Shown: positions 30,185 through 40,849, numbered from the stretch's first letter. The stretch is DNA of 64,000 nt from an uncultured Candidatus Saccharibacteria bacterium (GCA_965231155.1 OZ246418.1:174850-238849), one strand, 5' to 3'. Program-made: numbers and translations. The notes: generated by a model not told the origin, from the letters alone.

Positions 30185-31093
30185 TTATTTCCCCTCAGCT
30201 ACAATATTTCTGACTTTTTGACAGATCTTTTCTATGCTCGGAGGAAGATTGTCGAGATGAGGAGCAAAACCAGCTGATCGCTCCTCAAGCGCCAGAACCT
30301 GAACAGGCTGGCGAGTAGCTTCTTCAATGTCAAACGCAATACATTTAACCACACCGTTCTCAAAATCTCCGTCCATAACCAACCCGCCATGTTTCGAAGT
30401 TGCCAACGCCGACTTCATTCGTTCCTCAACCACGAAAGGCTTTAACCAAAGAAGATGCACTATGTTACAAGTAATGCCTTCAGCCGCCAGTATCTTTGCG
30501 GCTTCAACGGCATTTAATCTTGTAGAAGAGATTGGGAATAAGGTGATGTCAGCATTTGGGTGAATAATGTCAGGCAACTCATAATCAATCGGAAAAGCTC
30601 GACGATGTTCGCTGACATACATTGGATCATCGTGGGTCATAAAGTGATCCCAAGCAATCTGGTACTCGTTCGGCGTGATCGGAGCGATAACTGGAATGCC
30701 AGGCATGCGCGTAAAAATACTGTGGTGACTATTTGAAGCCACTGGACCGATTGCTCCCTCCATAGCGATGGAACGAACAAAAACTGGACATGGCACACCC
30801 CAAACCTCCTTGGATTTAGCTGCATAGTTAATAACGGTAGCTGCGTTGTACCACTGGAAACCCTGATAACGAACAATATAAATTGGGCGACGACCGGCCA
30901 AAGCTAAGCCAACAGCTACTCCACCATTAGCGACATCAGACATCGGAAGTTCGATCAATCCTTCCTCCTGGGTAAGCTCTGGAACCGTACCACCAACCCA
31001 ACCAACAGCTGTGAGACACTGTCCCAAAGCCACCCCATTCTGGTTTTTCAAATGCTGTCGTGTGATCTCTCTTATTTTTTCAGCAGAAGTCAT
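30185..31093 (-). CDS. TPP-dependent dehydrogenase E1 beta-like subunit
   Basis: IELPMSD, LAGRRP, INYAAK, MPGIPVIAP, SEHR; start at MTSAEK. Confidence 0.85.
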   Translation of the reverse strand: MTSAEKIREITRQHLKNQNGVALGQCLTAVGWVGGTVPELTQEEGLIELPMSDVANGGVAVGLALAGRRPIYIVRYQGFQWYNAATVINYAAKSKEVWGVPCPVFVRSIAMEGAIGPVASNSHHSIFTRMPGIPVIAPITPNEYQIAWDHFMTHDDPMYVSEHRRAFPIDYELPDIIHPNADITLFPISSTRLNAVEAAKILAAEGITCNIVHLLWLKPFVVEERMKSALATSKHGGLVMDGDFENGVVKCIAFDIEEATRQPVQVLALEERSAGFAPHLDNLPPSIEKICQKVRNIVAEGK

Positions 31094-31998
31094 GATGTTT
31101 TTTGTGCGGTTTCTGGTAAGGCAGCCGTCCACCAACTATCGACTGTTTGTTGTGCCTCTTTTTCAATCTCGATCATTTCTTTCTCATAACCCAGTCGGAC
31201 TAGTTCTTTCTTTACCAAATCGAATCGATTCCACTCTGGCTCAGAGTCCTTACCCGTACCTGCATGCCAGAGATGTCGTACCGTCTGAATATTTATAAAA
31301 GCAGGGAGTTGGTTTTGCAACTTACGGACGTGATGCATGATAAGCCAAGGATCATCAGTAATGTCAACGGCTGGCAAGCCGAAAGAAGAAGCGACATCCA
31401 CCATCTTCCAATTACGACGTACTTCGATTTTTGTAAGTACTGAGAGCTGATTATCCTCGCAAACGAATAATATTGGCAATTTTTTCTGCACAGCGTAACC
31501 AAGGGAAGCCAAAGCATAATCCTCTTCAGCGGCAGCGTCACCCATAATACAGAGAGTCTTCTTTCCTGAACCTTGGGCGAACCCAGTAGCGATAGGCACC
31601 TGATCGCCAAGAAGTCCACTGTGTCCGAACATACTAATTTCAGGAGAATGAATAGAAGCTGAACCACCCATACCACCAGCACAACCAGTTGGTTTATGGA
31701 GCAACTCATCAACAAGACCGGCTGGTTTACCACCGAATGCTAAATAGACATCATGTCCGCGATGCTGAGCGAAAATAGCTGGCTTCGGGAAGGCCACCGC
31801 TAAAGCCGAAGAGATTGATTCCTGTCCGACCGAAAGATAAATCGGCATCTTGATATGTTTCTCGTCGTAAGCCTTCTTGACCCAAAACTCAAACGCCCGT
31901 GAAACACACATCTTTTTGAACACCTCCAAAGACTCTTCTTTGGTAAACTCTTTAGAAACCTCAGGGACTATATTCAGTTCGCTTGATCGTTCATGCAT
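31090..31998 (-). CDS. TPP-dependent dehydrogenase E1 alpha-like subunit
   Basis: YLSVGQE, HRGH, GMGGSAS, GDAA...EDN TPP-binding motif. Confidence 0.88.
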   Translation of the reverse strand: MHERSSELNIVPEVSKEFTKEESLEVFKKMCVSRAFEFWVKKAYDEKHIKMPIYLSVGQESISSALAVAFPKPAIFAQHRGHDVYLAFGGKPAGLVDELLHKPTGCAGGMGGSASIHSPEISMFGHSGLLGDQVPIATGFAQGSGKKTLCIMGDAAAEEDYALASLGYAVQKKLPILFVCEDNQLSVLTKIEVRRNWKMVDVASSFGLPAVDITDDPWLIMHHVRKLQNQLPAFINIQTVRHLWHAGTGKDSEPEWNRFDLVKKELVRLGYEKEMIEIEKEAQQTVDSWWTAALPETAQKTS

Positions 31999-32003
31999 AT
32001 TTT

Positions 32004-32594
32004 TTAAAACTGTTTTGGTAAGTGCGACTTCATTATATCAAATGCATTTATTCCTAAATGAGGTAAGGCTCTGAGCAAAAGCAAAACTGCATCCCATTCA
32101 TCGGTCTCTGCTTTTAATGTTTCCTCAACCCACTCGGCAAAAGGCTTCTCGAACTGTTCAACTTGTTCAGAATCATCCAAACTACCACCGCCCTTATACT
32201 CGCATCCCTTAGCTAAAAAACAATAGAATTTAGCGTGGGAACTCCGAGAGTCGTAATGACCTGAACCAAGAGCAATAATCTCTTCGGCCTCATATCCAGT
32301 TTCTTCTTTGAGTTCTCTTTTCGCTACCGCCTCTGGCGACTCGCTGGAGAAATCGAGCACGCCCGCAGGCAACTCTTCCATAATCTCCTCCGATCCCTGT
32401 TTGAACTGACGAACCATCACGACATTCCCCTCTTTAGTGATTGGAAGGATAACTGACCAAAAAGGGCGTTCGAGGAAATAGAAGTCTGTTTCTTTACCAG
32501 TGTGATCGAGAAACTTTTGAACCGCCAGCTTCTTGCCATAGCCTTCAGCTAGGATGGTAGGCTCCCCTATTTTTTTCCATTTGGTGATGGCCAT
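32004..32594 (-). CDS. Nudix hydrolase (ADP-sugar pyrophosphatase-like)
   Basis: Canonical Nudix box ELPAG...ESPEAVAKRELKEETGY. Confidence 0.92.
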   Translation of the reverse strand: MAITKWKKIGEPTILAEGYGKKLAVQKFLDHTGKETDFYFLERPFWSVILPITKEGNVVMVRQFKQGSEEIMEELPAGVLDFSSESPEAVAKRELKEETGYEAEEIIALGSGHYDSRSSHAKFYCFLAKGCEYKGGGSLDDSEQVEQFEKPFAEWVEETLKAETDEWDAVLLLLRALPHLGINAFDIMKSHLPKQF

Positions 32595-32675
32595 ATTGAA
32601 TAAGTGAGTAAAATCCTTATGATGGAGATTATGGGAAAACTTAAGTACTGTTAATATAGTGGAGTCCCCCTACAA

Positions 32676-33179
32676 ATGCAAGTAAATTTTAATCAAATTG
32701 AAGATATCCGAAAACGTCATCCGGGACAGAAACTGGTCTTCTGTGCCGGAGGTTTCGACCTCACGCATGGTGGTCATGTCATATTCTTTGAAGACTGCAA
32801 AAAACTCGGCGACATCCTAGTCGTCGGCATTGCCTCAGACGCTACCCGAAGACAGGAGAGAGGCCCGGCCCGGCCCGTTCTTAATGAACACTTACGTATT
32901 AGAACGGTTGATGCCCTAAAACCAGTGGACTACTCTTTTATCATCTCGCGACTCGCTGAATCACATGAGGATAAGATGACTCCCATTGACTCAATCCTCG
33001 AACGACTCCAACCCGATGTTTGGGTGGTAAATGAAGATGCCTATGACATTCCCCGACGGGAACAGTTGGCAAAAAAAATGGGGTTCGAACTTGTTGTTCT
33101 GAAACGTTGGTGTCCTCCTGAATTTGAAAATATTTCCACCACTGCGATTATCGAAAAAATAAAAAGATTGCCAGATTAA
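32676..33179 (+). CDS. RfaE2/HldE C-terminal-type adenylyl/cytidylyltransferase
   Basis: GGFDLTHGGH, GDILVVG, GPARPV, ISTTAIIEKI. Confidence 0.85.
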   Translation: MQVNFNQIEDIRKRHPGQKLVFCAGGFDLTHGGHVIFFEDCKKLGDILVVGIASDATRRQERGPARPVLNEHLRIRTVDALKPVDYSFIISRLAESHEDKMTPIDSILERLQPDVWVVNEDAYDIPRREQLAKKMGFELVVLKRWCPPEFENISTTAIIEKIKRLPD

Positions 33180-33209
33180 AAAAAGGGAGGCTACGTGTGT
33201 AGACCTCCC
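33178..33209. terminator. Terminator between convergent genes
   Basis: AAAAAAAGGGAGG-CTAC-GTGT-GTAG-A-CCTCCC. Confidence 0.65.
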
Positions 33210-33217
33210 ATAGTGAT

Positions 33218-34768
33218 TCAACTCTTCTCCTCGAGGAGCTTCCGCTTCAGATCGCGAACTCCATCGACCCAACGATCGATCGAAGTCAGGGCAACCTGCC
33301 CAAACTTCGGGTCAGCCAGAATGCTGCTCCGGAACTCCGCACGCTCGAAGTAACTCACGTGAGCCCAATCTCGGAAGGCCAGGATCTCAGCGGGCGTGAG
33401 CGCATCACCCGCATAGTACGGCTCAGACTCGTAGGCGTACTGGGAGTGTCCGATCCACCCAGGACCACCGGGACGAGCCGGCAAAGGATAGCCTGAAGCC
33501 ACTCCCTGACGGTAGAGCTCCGACCCCGGAAGAGCCTGCGTGCAGTACATATTCACGAACCGCGTGTTCAACTGACACGCCAGTTCATATGTCTCCTGCA
33601 GGCTCTCTCGAGTATCTCCGGGCAACCCGAAGATGTAGTTGGCACCGACATAGGCACCCGCGGCGTGAATCTGATCGACCACGCGTTGGATGTCGCCCTC
33701 ACCGAACTTCTTGTCCTGTCCGGAGCGGACTTTCGAGTTGGCGGCTTCGATACCCAACCCGAACCAGTAGATGCCTGCTCGACGAGCCGCCTCCAGAAAG
33801 CGCGGCTTGCAGGTGTCGACTCGAGCGTAACACCAGAAGTCCAACGAATCCCCGAAACGTTCGGCGATACCATTGGCGATGGTGATGACATGCTCGGCGT
33901 TCAGCGCGAACATCTCGTCGGGAATCTTGAAGTACTTGATTCCGTAGGTCTCGACGAGATGCGTCACCTCCTCCACAAAAAACTCGGGACGGAGGAAACG
34001 GTAGCTGTTACGCCTGACATTGCCCCGATCCATGAGACTCTCTCCAGCCCGAAAGGGGGCCTGGATATTGCAGAAGTCACAGTGGAAGGGACAGCCCTCG
34101 ACCGAATAGGGATTGGCATACCCCGCCCGTTCCGCGTAGGGACGGTAAAAGGTGTGCCAGCCGTCGGCATGATACACCCGCGGATCCATGAGAGCCCAGG
34201 CCTCCGGAGAGACCCTTTCCTCATTCAGATCGAGCAGCGGCGCCGGTGGGTTGTGAATCGTCTGGCCATCCTTGCGGTGCCAGAGACTACGAACTTTGTC
34301 CAGCTCGCCACCACCCTTGAACGCCTGGACCAACTCATAGGCGGTGATTGGTCCTTCGCCGTCGCAGACGAAATCGATCGGCTCCTCCGCGAGCGTTCTC
34401 GCCGGAAGCGCTGCCGGATGAGTTCCCGAGAAAACAATGGGAATCTCCGGACACAGATCCTTGATCGCCTGAGCGTAGGCCCGGGCAGCCGGCATGGTGT
34501 GAGTGCTGGACGACGGATTGAACCCGTAGACCGGCAACCAAACCAATCGCGGCTTTGCATCTTTGACCACCCGAGCCATCAACTCGGATGTGTACCCGAG
34601 AATCGTAGCATCGAGCAATCCCACGCCGAGACCTCGACGCAGAAGGTAGCTGGCCATAAACCGTGCCTTGGCAGGCGGCTCGGTATGGTGTTCGCGCGCA
34701 AAGCCTTGATAGACCTGCACGAGATTGCTAGGAATGACGAAAAGAACGTCGAGCTTCCTGCTTTCCAT
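33218..34768 (-). CDS. Cobalamin-binding radical SAM protein (class B methyltransferase-like)
   Basis: N-terminal B12 domain (SGTHPAALP, GEGPIT), CPFHCDFC, GIEAAN, NYIFGLPG. Confidence 0.9.
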   Translation of the reverse strand: MESRKLDVLFVIPSNLVQVYQGFAREHHTEPPAKARFMASYLLRRGLGVGLLDATILGYTSELMARVVKDAKPRLVWLPVYGFNPSSSTHTMPAARAYAQAIKDLCPEIPIVFSGTHPAALPARTLAEEPIDFVCDGEGPITAYELVQAFKGGGELDKVRSLWHRKDGQTIHNPPAPLLDLNEERVSPEAWALMDPRVYHADGWHTFYRPYAERAGYANPYSVEGCPFHCDFCNIQAPFRAGESLMDRGNVRRNSYRFLRPEFFVEEVTHLVETYGIKYFKIPDEMFALNAEHVITIANGIAERFGDSLDFWCYARVDTCKPRFLEAARRAGIYWFGLGIEAANSKVRSGQDKKFGEGDIQRVVDQIHAAGAYVGANYIFGLPGDTRESLQETYELACQLNTRFVNMYCTQALPGSELYRQGVASGYPLPARPGGPGWIGHSQYAYESEPYYAGDALTPAEILAFRDWAHVSYFERAEFRSSILADPKFGQVALTSIDRWVDGVRDLKRKLLEEKS

Positions 34769-34883
34769 GAGTATTCTCCTCTCTTAGATAGTACGAACTT
34801 TTCATACTTTGCATCAAAGAAGAATAGTTGTCAATTTAGAGAAGACAACCTTCTAGATAGGAAAGGAACGTCAAAAAATATTC

Positions 34884-35819
34884 CTAAATATTCGAGAACT
34901 GGTTTCGCTTGATGATCTGATAGCCCTTAATCAACTCAGCGATACCATCAGGAAGAGAGTGCTCCGTTTTATAACCGGTTTTTTCAATCTTCTCATTGCT
35001 AATAATATAGTTCCGCTTATCAGGATCTTCGCCAATCGATGATTCAATAAACACAAATTTAGGAAGTTGTTTTTTAATCTCTTCACATAGCTCGGCCTTG
35101 CTCAAATTGGCCTCGCTCAAGCCAACGTTATAAACATTATTTTTCATGGTTTCAAAATTCTGCATCCCATGCATAAAAGCACGTACTACATCGCGGACAT
35201 GCACATAATTCCGTTTGAAGTGTGGCTCAAAAAGGATCACCGCTCGATCGTAAACTGCTCGATAGACAAAGTCATTTACTAGAAGATCAAGACGCATTCG
35301 CGGACTCGTTCCAAAAACAGTAGCCAGACGAAAAATAATGACTTCGCCAGCCGCCAACAACTTCTTCTCAGTTTCCACCTTCAACTGACCATACAACGAA
35401 ACCGGTTCGAGCGGTGAATTCTCATCACAAAACGCTACGCCTTCGGCCATTCGACCGTAGCCACTATTGGTATTAGGGAAAAGAATCTTCTGCCCAGAAA
35501 CACGTAGTTTGATAATTAGTTCGATCGCTTCAAGATTAATAGTACGCGCAGCAATTGGGTCTTTGTCACAGAGAGGAGCTCCCACGAGACACGCTAAAGG
35601 AATAATAAAATCCTTATCTTTCATTAGTTTGCTCATAAGCACCTCATCACGTACATCACCCCGAATAACCGAAAGCGTCTTCCAGTTGCAAACATCAAGT
35701 AGTGAAGCCTGATTGTACAAAAAATTATCGACAACAGTGACCTCGTGTCCAGCTCGTAAAAGTTCTGGAACCAAGACCGAACCAATATATCCGGCACCGC
35801 CGGTGACAAGTATTTTCAT
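34884..35819 (-). CDS. NAD-dependent sugar epimerase/reductase
   Basis: VTGGAGYIGS, YGQLK, RLATVFGTSPRMRLDL. Confidence 0.9.
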   Translation of the reverse strand: MKILVTGGAGYIGSVLVPELLRAGHEVTVVDNFLYNQASLLDVCNWKTLSVIRGDVRDEVLMSKLMKDKDFIIPLACLVGAPLCDKDPIAARTINLEAIELIIKLRVSGQKILFPNTNSGYGRMAEGVAFCDENSPLEPVSLYGQLKVETEKKLLAAGEVIIFRLATVFGTSPRMRLDLLVNDFVYRAVYDRAVILFEPHFKRNYVHVRDVVRAFMHGMQNFETMKNNVYNVGLSEANLSKAELCEEIKKQLPKFVFIESSIGEDPDKRNYIISNEKIEKTGYKTEHSLPDGIAELIKGYQIIKRNQFSNI

Positions 35820-35822
35820 AAA

Positions 35823-36338
35823 TTAATTTACATATTTCCCGGCCTCATCTCGCTGGGAGAGAATCGGTTGTTTTATTGGCCACCAAATCTTAAATCGTGG
35901 GTCATCATAGCGAATACTAAACTGTCCCTGAGGATCATAATAAGCCGACTGCTTATAGTGAAAGATGATCTCATCAGAAAGAGCCAGGTGACCATTCGCA
36001 AACTTAGGAGGCACTAAAACCTGCCAACGGTTTGTTTCGGAAAGGGTAAATGATTGCCACTGTCCATACTGAGGCGACGACTCGTCAGCATTCAAAACCA
36101 CGAAATAAAATCGGCCTCGCATACAGCTAATCAACTTCCAAGTTCCGGAATCTCCATGTAATCCACGAAGGACATGTTTACTTGAAGTTGAGTAATCATC
36201 CTGAAGAAAATCAACTGTAATGCCGTTTTCGGCAAAAAGTTTTTTACTGTAGGTTTCAGTATAAGTTCCTCGAAAATCCTCAAAGATTTCTGGCTTCACA
36301 AGAATCACTCCATCTAGTTTTGTTTTTTCAAACTGCAT
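35823..36338 (-). CDS. dTDP-4-dehydrorhamnose 3,5-epimerase family protein (RmlC-like)
   Basis: DFRG, VLRGLHGD, PPKFANGH, WWP...ILSQRD; start at MQFEK. Confidence 0.88.
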   Translation of the reverse strand: MQFEKTKLDGVILVKPEIFEDFRGTYTETYSKKLFAENGITVDFLQDDYSTSSKHVLRGLHGDSGTWKLISCMRGRFYFVVLNADESSPQYGQWQSFTLSETNRWQVLVPPKFANGHLALSDEIIFHYKQSAYYDPQGQFSIRYDDPRFKIWWPIKQPILSQRDEAGKYVN

Positions 36339-36369
36339 AGGGGTAAATGAATGGTTTTTTATTATGCTA

Positions 36370-37302
36370 CTATCGTGGGCGCCAAACAACAAGGGTGTAG
36401 CCTTCGAAATAATTCCCCACATAAGTCCGACTCGTCTTCTCGATAGTTAACTTACCAGCTGCTTCCAGCTCTTTTAATTTAGTCAAAAATCCAGAAAGGT
36501 AGTTCCTCTGCTCGTAGTAGATTTTCGACCAATGATCTAAGGGGTTTGTTTCGCTTAAAACCTCTGGGAGAGGCTCAATATGACAACATATCTCTGGTTT
36601 CTTTGCGAGGAGATATTCAATAAACTTGTCGTGCTTCTTACCTACCTGTTCCAGCGCCGCCAGAGTATAGACCATGCTATGAGGCTCTATCTCTACGTTA
36701 TAATCTGGTTCAAAGAAATTGAAATTTCTACCTACCACTCCCGGCAGAATACCCTTCTGATTCATCTCTAGCAAGATCCCCTGAGAAGCGGTAGCCCAGT
36801 CGAGCCCATAAAGATGGGCCTTAGGATTTATCTTTCTGGCCTGGAGCAAGTGATGACCTGTACCACACCCAAATTCGTAGATAGCCGACATCTCTTTCCC
36901 ATACTGCTTAAGAAGCCATTGCACATTTAACCCAAGAAGATTGTAAGAAAAATTCGGACTAAGGGTTTTGACAATTTTCCCCTGCCAGGCCGCATACACC
37001 TGTTGTTTTTCAAAATAACCGGGAACCAAAGGGTTTTCCTTGTCAGTCTTCAGGGCCTCTAGATTACTTCCCCAACCATTTTCCCATATTGGCAGTCGAC
37101 CCTCATGAGAGGGGTCAGTTTTGGGATCTTTGAGCATGCTCTGAATCCAAACTTCCTGTTCTTGCCACTCAGACTCACTCAGATCACGATACTGCAGCTG
37201 AAGTTTATTGACCTGATCCTCGAGTTCTTGATCAAGACTTACTTTGAATAAATTTTCAAAATCAGTTGTGGTAATAGTTTTTGGACCAGGAAGTTCGTTC
37301 AT
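36370..37302 (-). CDS. Class I SAM-dependent methyltransferase
   Basis: IYEFGCGTGHH, GLDW, ALEQ. Confidence 0.8.
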   Translation of the reverse strand: MNELPGPKTITTTDFENLFKVSLDQELEDQVNKLQLQYRDLSESEWQEQEVWIQSMLKDPKTDPSHEGRLPIWENGWGSNLEALKTDKENPLVPGYFEKQQVYAAWQGKIVKTLSPNFSYNLLGLNVQWLLKQYGKEMSAIYEFGCGTGHHLLQARKINPKAHLYGLDWATASQGILLEMNQKGILPGVVGRNFNFFEPDYNVEIEPHSMVYTLAALEQVGKKHDKFIEYLLAKKPEICCHIEPLPEVLSETNPLDHWSKIYYEQRNYLSGFLTKLKELEAAGKLTIEKTSRTYVGNYFEGYTLVVWRPR

Positions 37303-37381
37303 AGTCTGGTTATACTACATTAGGATAAAACTGAAATCAACGATCCGACATACTAAAGACGCCAGCGTTTTATAAAACCTA

Positions 37382-37975
37382 TTAGATCAACCCAGCAACC
37401 TTCATCTCGCTATCCACAATCTCACACCACGTGTGATAAACCAACTCATGAACTTCTTGAATACGAGCAGTTTCTTCAGAAGGAACAACGATCGCTACGT
37501 CAACAGAACTTTCCAAGCTAGCACCCTTCTGACCAGTGAGCGCGATGACTTTAATCCCTTTAGCTTTTGCTACTGCTATCGTCTTGAGGACATTCTTGGA
37601 CTGACCACTAGTCGTAAAAGCAACAAGCACATCACCTGTTGAGCCAAGCGCCTCTAGCTGGCGACTAAACACACTTTCAAAGTCGTAGTCATTCCCAATA
37701 GCAGTGAGCGTAGAACTATCGACAGTCAGGGACATTCCGGGCAATGGCCGACGATCACCTTTGAACCGGCATAGCCACTCGCCAGAAAAATGCTGGCTAT
37801 CGGCCGCCGAACCACCATTTCCACACGCAAAAAGCCGATGGTTGTCTTTCAATGCTTCGAACAAGACTTCTGCCCCTTTTTCAATTTGTGGTTTTATCTG
37901 AAGAAGGCTGTCCTCGATTGCCTTCTGGTGTCGAGCGAAGGTAGCGTTGATTATCTCTGAGGCATTGTTCAGCAT
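37382..37975 (-). CDS. gmhA: Phosphoheptose isomerase
   Basis: CGNGGSAADSQH, TAIGNDY, TSGQS, ARIQEVH; start at MLNNAS. Confidence 0.93.
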   Translation of the reverse strand: MLNNASEIINATFARHQKAIEDSLLQIKPQIEKGAEVLFEALKDNHRLFACGNGGSAADSQHFSGEWLCRFKGDRRPLPGMSLTVDSSTLTAIGNDYDFESVFSRQLEALGSTGDVLVAFTTSGQSKNVLKTIAVAKAKGIKVIALTGQKGASLESSVDVAIVVPSEETARIQEVHELVYHTWCEIVDSEMKVAGLI

Positions 37976-38048
37976 AAAAAGGTTGAAGTGATTTTTTCCA
38001 ATTGTATACGAAAGTGATTCATAAGGAAAATAAGCCTCTTCCCTAACC

Positions 38049-39095
38049 CTAAGAAAGTCCCAATTGGCGAAAGATCTCTCTGAAACGCGCCTCGTAGGTG
38101 TGTTCCCGAATCGTTCTTTCATATCCAGCCTTGGCAATCGCCTCCCGTTCGTCGTCATGAGCGAGATAGTATTTTATCTTTTCTATATAGTCATCGATGT
38201 TACTGAAAAGAACCATCTCTTTGTCAGGCACGTAAAAATTTCCTAGATCATCAGCTGGGCCAGTAAGGAGAAACCCACCACAAGCCGGAATTTCGAAATG
38301 TCTCCCTTTCACTTGTGGAATACCCCGCTCAAGCCATGAGCGAAAATTATAGTACAAATTGAAATTAGGTCTAATCTTTTCTCGGGAACGACTATAGAAA
38401 ATCCGTCCTAAAGAATTTTTATTGAAGAATCCTGGCGGAGGATTCAGCGCCAAGCTGATTTTGCTTACCCCGAAAAGATGGATCATCTCCTCATCACTGG
38501 CCCGACGTGCTTCTGGCCAACCGCCGCCAAAAACCTCCACTGGAATTCCTGCCTTCTTCAATGCATCAACAATCTGGCCACGACCCTTACTCCAACCTCC
38601 CACAAATGTGACCTCTGGTCTCCGCTCTCCCGACTGAAGTTCACTTGGTTTATACACCAAGGTATTAGCTCCCCACTGTGAACGAATGACATTCGACTGA
38701 CCATATTTTTTGTACCGCTCAGCCATCCAAGAATAGGTGGTGATGACCGCTGAGAAGTGTGGCGCCCAGATCCGAGAGTAGTTCCAGAACCGCCAGCTAT
38801 CATCAGAAAACCAAGCGACACTTTTTGTTTTTTCTTTTATCTTATCCAAAATCCTCGGTTCAAACTCGTCGGTATACATAAAGGCAAAAAACAAATCGGG
38901 CTTAAACTCCTCAATCGTTACTAGAAGCTCCTCATTAAATTTTTCTTTGCCTACTTCTAAAATCCGATCAAAAGGAAAAAACCGCACCTCGTGAGGCATG
39001 GCTTTAAGTTGTAAGTAGAAATTATTATATTCAAAACTTTTTCCCCTCTTTGGATTGTACTGGTCATGTTCCAAACCAGCGAAAAGAATCTTCAT
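38049..39095 (-). CDS. CgeB-like glycosyltransferase
   Basis: WFSDDSWR, TFVG, KGRHFEIPACGG; paralog of 25132-26214. Confidence 0.85.
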   Translation of the reverse strand: MKILFAGLEHDQYNPKRGKSFEYNNFYLQLKAMPHEVRFFPFDRILEVGKEKFNEELLVTIEEFKPDLFFAFMYTDEFEPRILDKIKEKTKSVAWFSDDSWRFWNYSRIWAPHFSAVITTYSWMAERYKKYGQSNVIRSQWGANTLVYKPSELQSGERRPEVTFVGGWSKGRGQIVDALKKAGIPVEVFGGGWPEARRASDEEMIHLFGVSKISLALNPPPGFFNKNSLGRIFYSRSREKIRPNFNLYYNFRSWLERGIPQVKGRHFEIPACGGFLLTGPADDLGNFYVPDKEMVLFSNIDDYIEKIKYYLAHDDEREAIAKAGYERTIREHTYEARFREIFRQLGLS

Positions 39096-39108
39096 AAGAA
39101 CGTTACAT

Positions 39109-40086
<978 letters not shown>

Positions 40087-40163
40087 TCAAATATATCTAA
40101 AGAGAAGATGACACCCCATCCTAAAATTGACTACTAGTATATTTTATTTTATAAAAATACACA

Positions 40164-40226
40164 GTACCAACTCCCAAAGAGTTGGATTGATTAACCCTTA
40201 GCCCTCCCCCAAAGGGAGAAAGGAGT
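40164..40226 (+). repeat. 63-bp 5' leader repeat, copy 1 (twin CCAAA-loop hairpins plus SD)
   Basis: GTACCAACTCCCAAAGAGTTGGATTGATTAACCCTTAGCCCTCCCCCAAAGGGAGAAAGGAGT, identical to 40922-40984; preceded by TTGACT-N17-TATAAA. Confidence 0.95.
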
Positions 40227-40230
40227 GACA

Positions 40231-40818
40231 ATGGAACAGGGAATCCCCGTGAGATTCTCGCCGTGGATGCGACTCAGTGCGGTAGAAGCTGCCACCAAGG
40301 CTGGCAGCAGAAACCAAATGACTGAAACCTCTCTCTGGGTCTACTGGGTTCTGACCCGAGGAGGAAAAACACGGCTGGATCTCTTCGACGTTGGGAGAGA
40401 TCTCTTCTACAGTAATCCGTGGAGAGGTGCTCCTCCACAACCAAAGAAGAATCCCGTACTTAGTCGAGTGCTGGTCGTCGGCACAAACGCCGAAGTCAGT
40501 ACTATCCTCCAAGGAAACCCGCTGGCTCGAAAGTCTCCTAGCTATCAGGCATACAAGAAGGCTTTCGATCAGGGCATAAGACGTCTCAAAGTCGACAGTG
40601 TCGGAACCCTGGAAGGCTTCTGGCCTGTCTTCATGGGCGTTGATGATTTTCTTGGAAGGCCGGACGACCGGAGTTTGCCTTCTCTGGTAGTCACAACTGG
40701 ATTCATGAGAAACTACCCTCGCATAGGGGGTGAGACTCTTGAAGTTGCGGATCGACTCAAAGACATCTGCAAACTCTGCAACGTTCCAATTGAATTTATC
40801 CCTTCTTTTTGTTCGTAA
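40231..40818 (+). CDS. Hypothetical protein
   Basis: ATG after SD AAGGAG; has its own promoter and terminator; no family recognised. Confidence 0.75.
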   Translation: MEQGIPVRFSPWMRLSAVEAATKAGSRNQMTETSLWVYWVLTRGGKTRLDLFDVGRDLFYSNPWRGAPPQPKKNPVLSRVLVVGTNAEVSTILQGNPLARKSPSYQAYKKAFDQGIRRLKVDSVGTLEGFWPVFMGVDDFLGRPDDRSLPSLVVTTGFMRNYPRIGGETLEVADRLKDICKLCNVPIEFIPSFCS

Positions 40819-40849
40819 GCCGAAGATTTAATCTATCTCGGCTTTTTTT
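40819..40849 (+). terminator. Intrinsic terminator
   Basis: AGCCGA...TCGGCT followed by a T run. Confidence 0.7.

Noticed and set aside
30185-31998. E1 alpha/beta as central pyruvate dehydrogenase (pdhA/pdhB)
   Set aside because: There is no E2/E3 nearby, the motifs are divergent and the genes are embedded in a sugar-nucleotide operon, so no gene symbols were assigned.
33665-34912. 415-aa plus-strand ORF
   Set aside because: It is an antisense shadow of the GC-rich radical SAM gene, where stop codons are scarce on the opposite strand, and it has no motifs.
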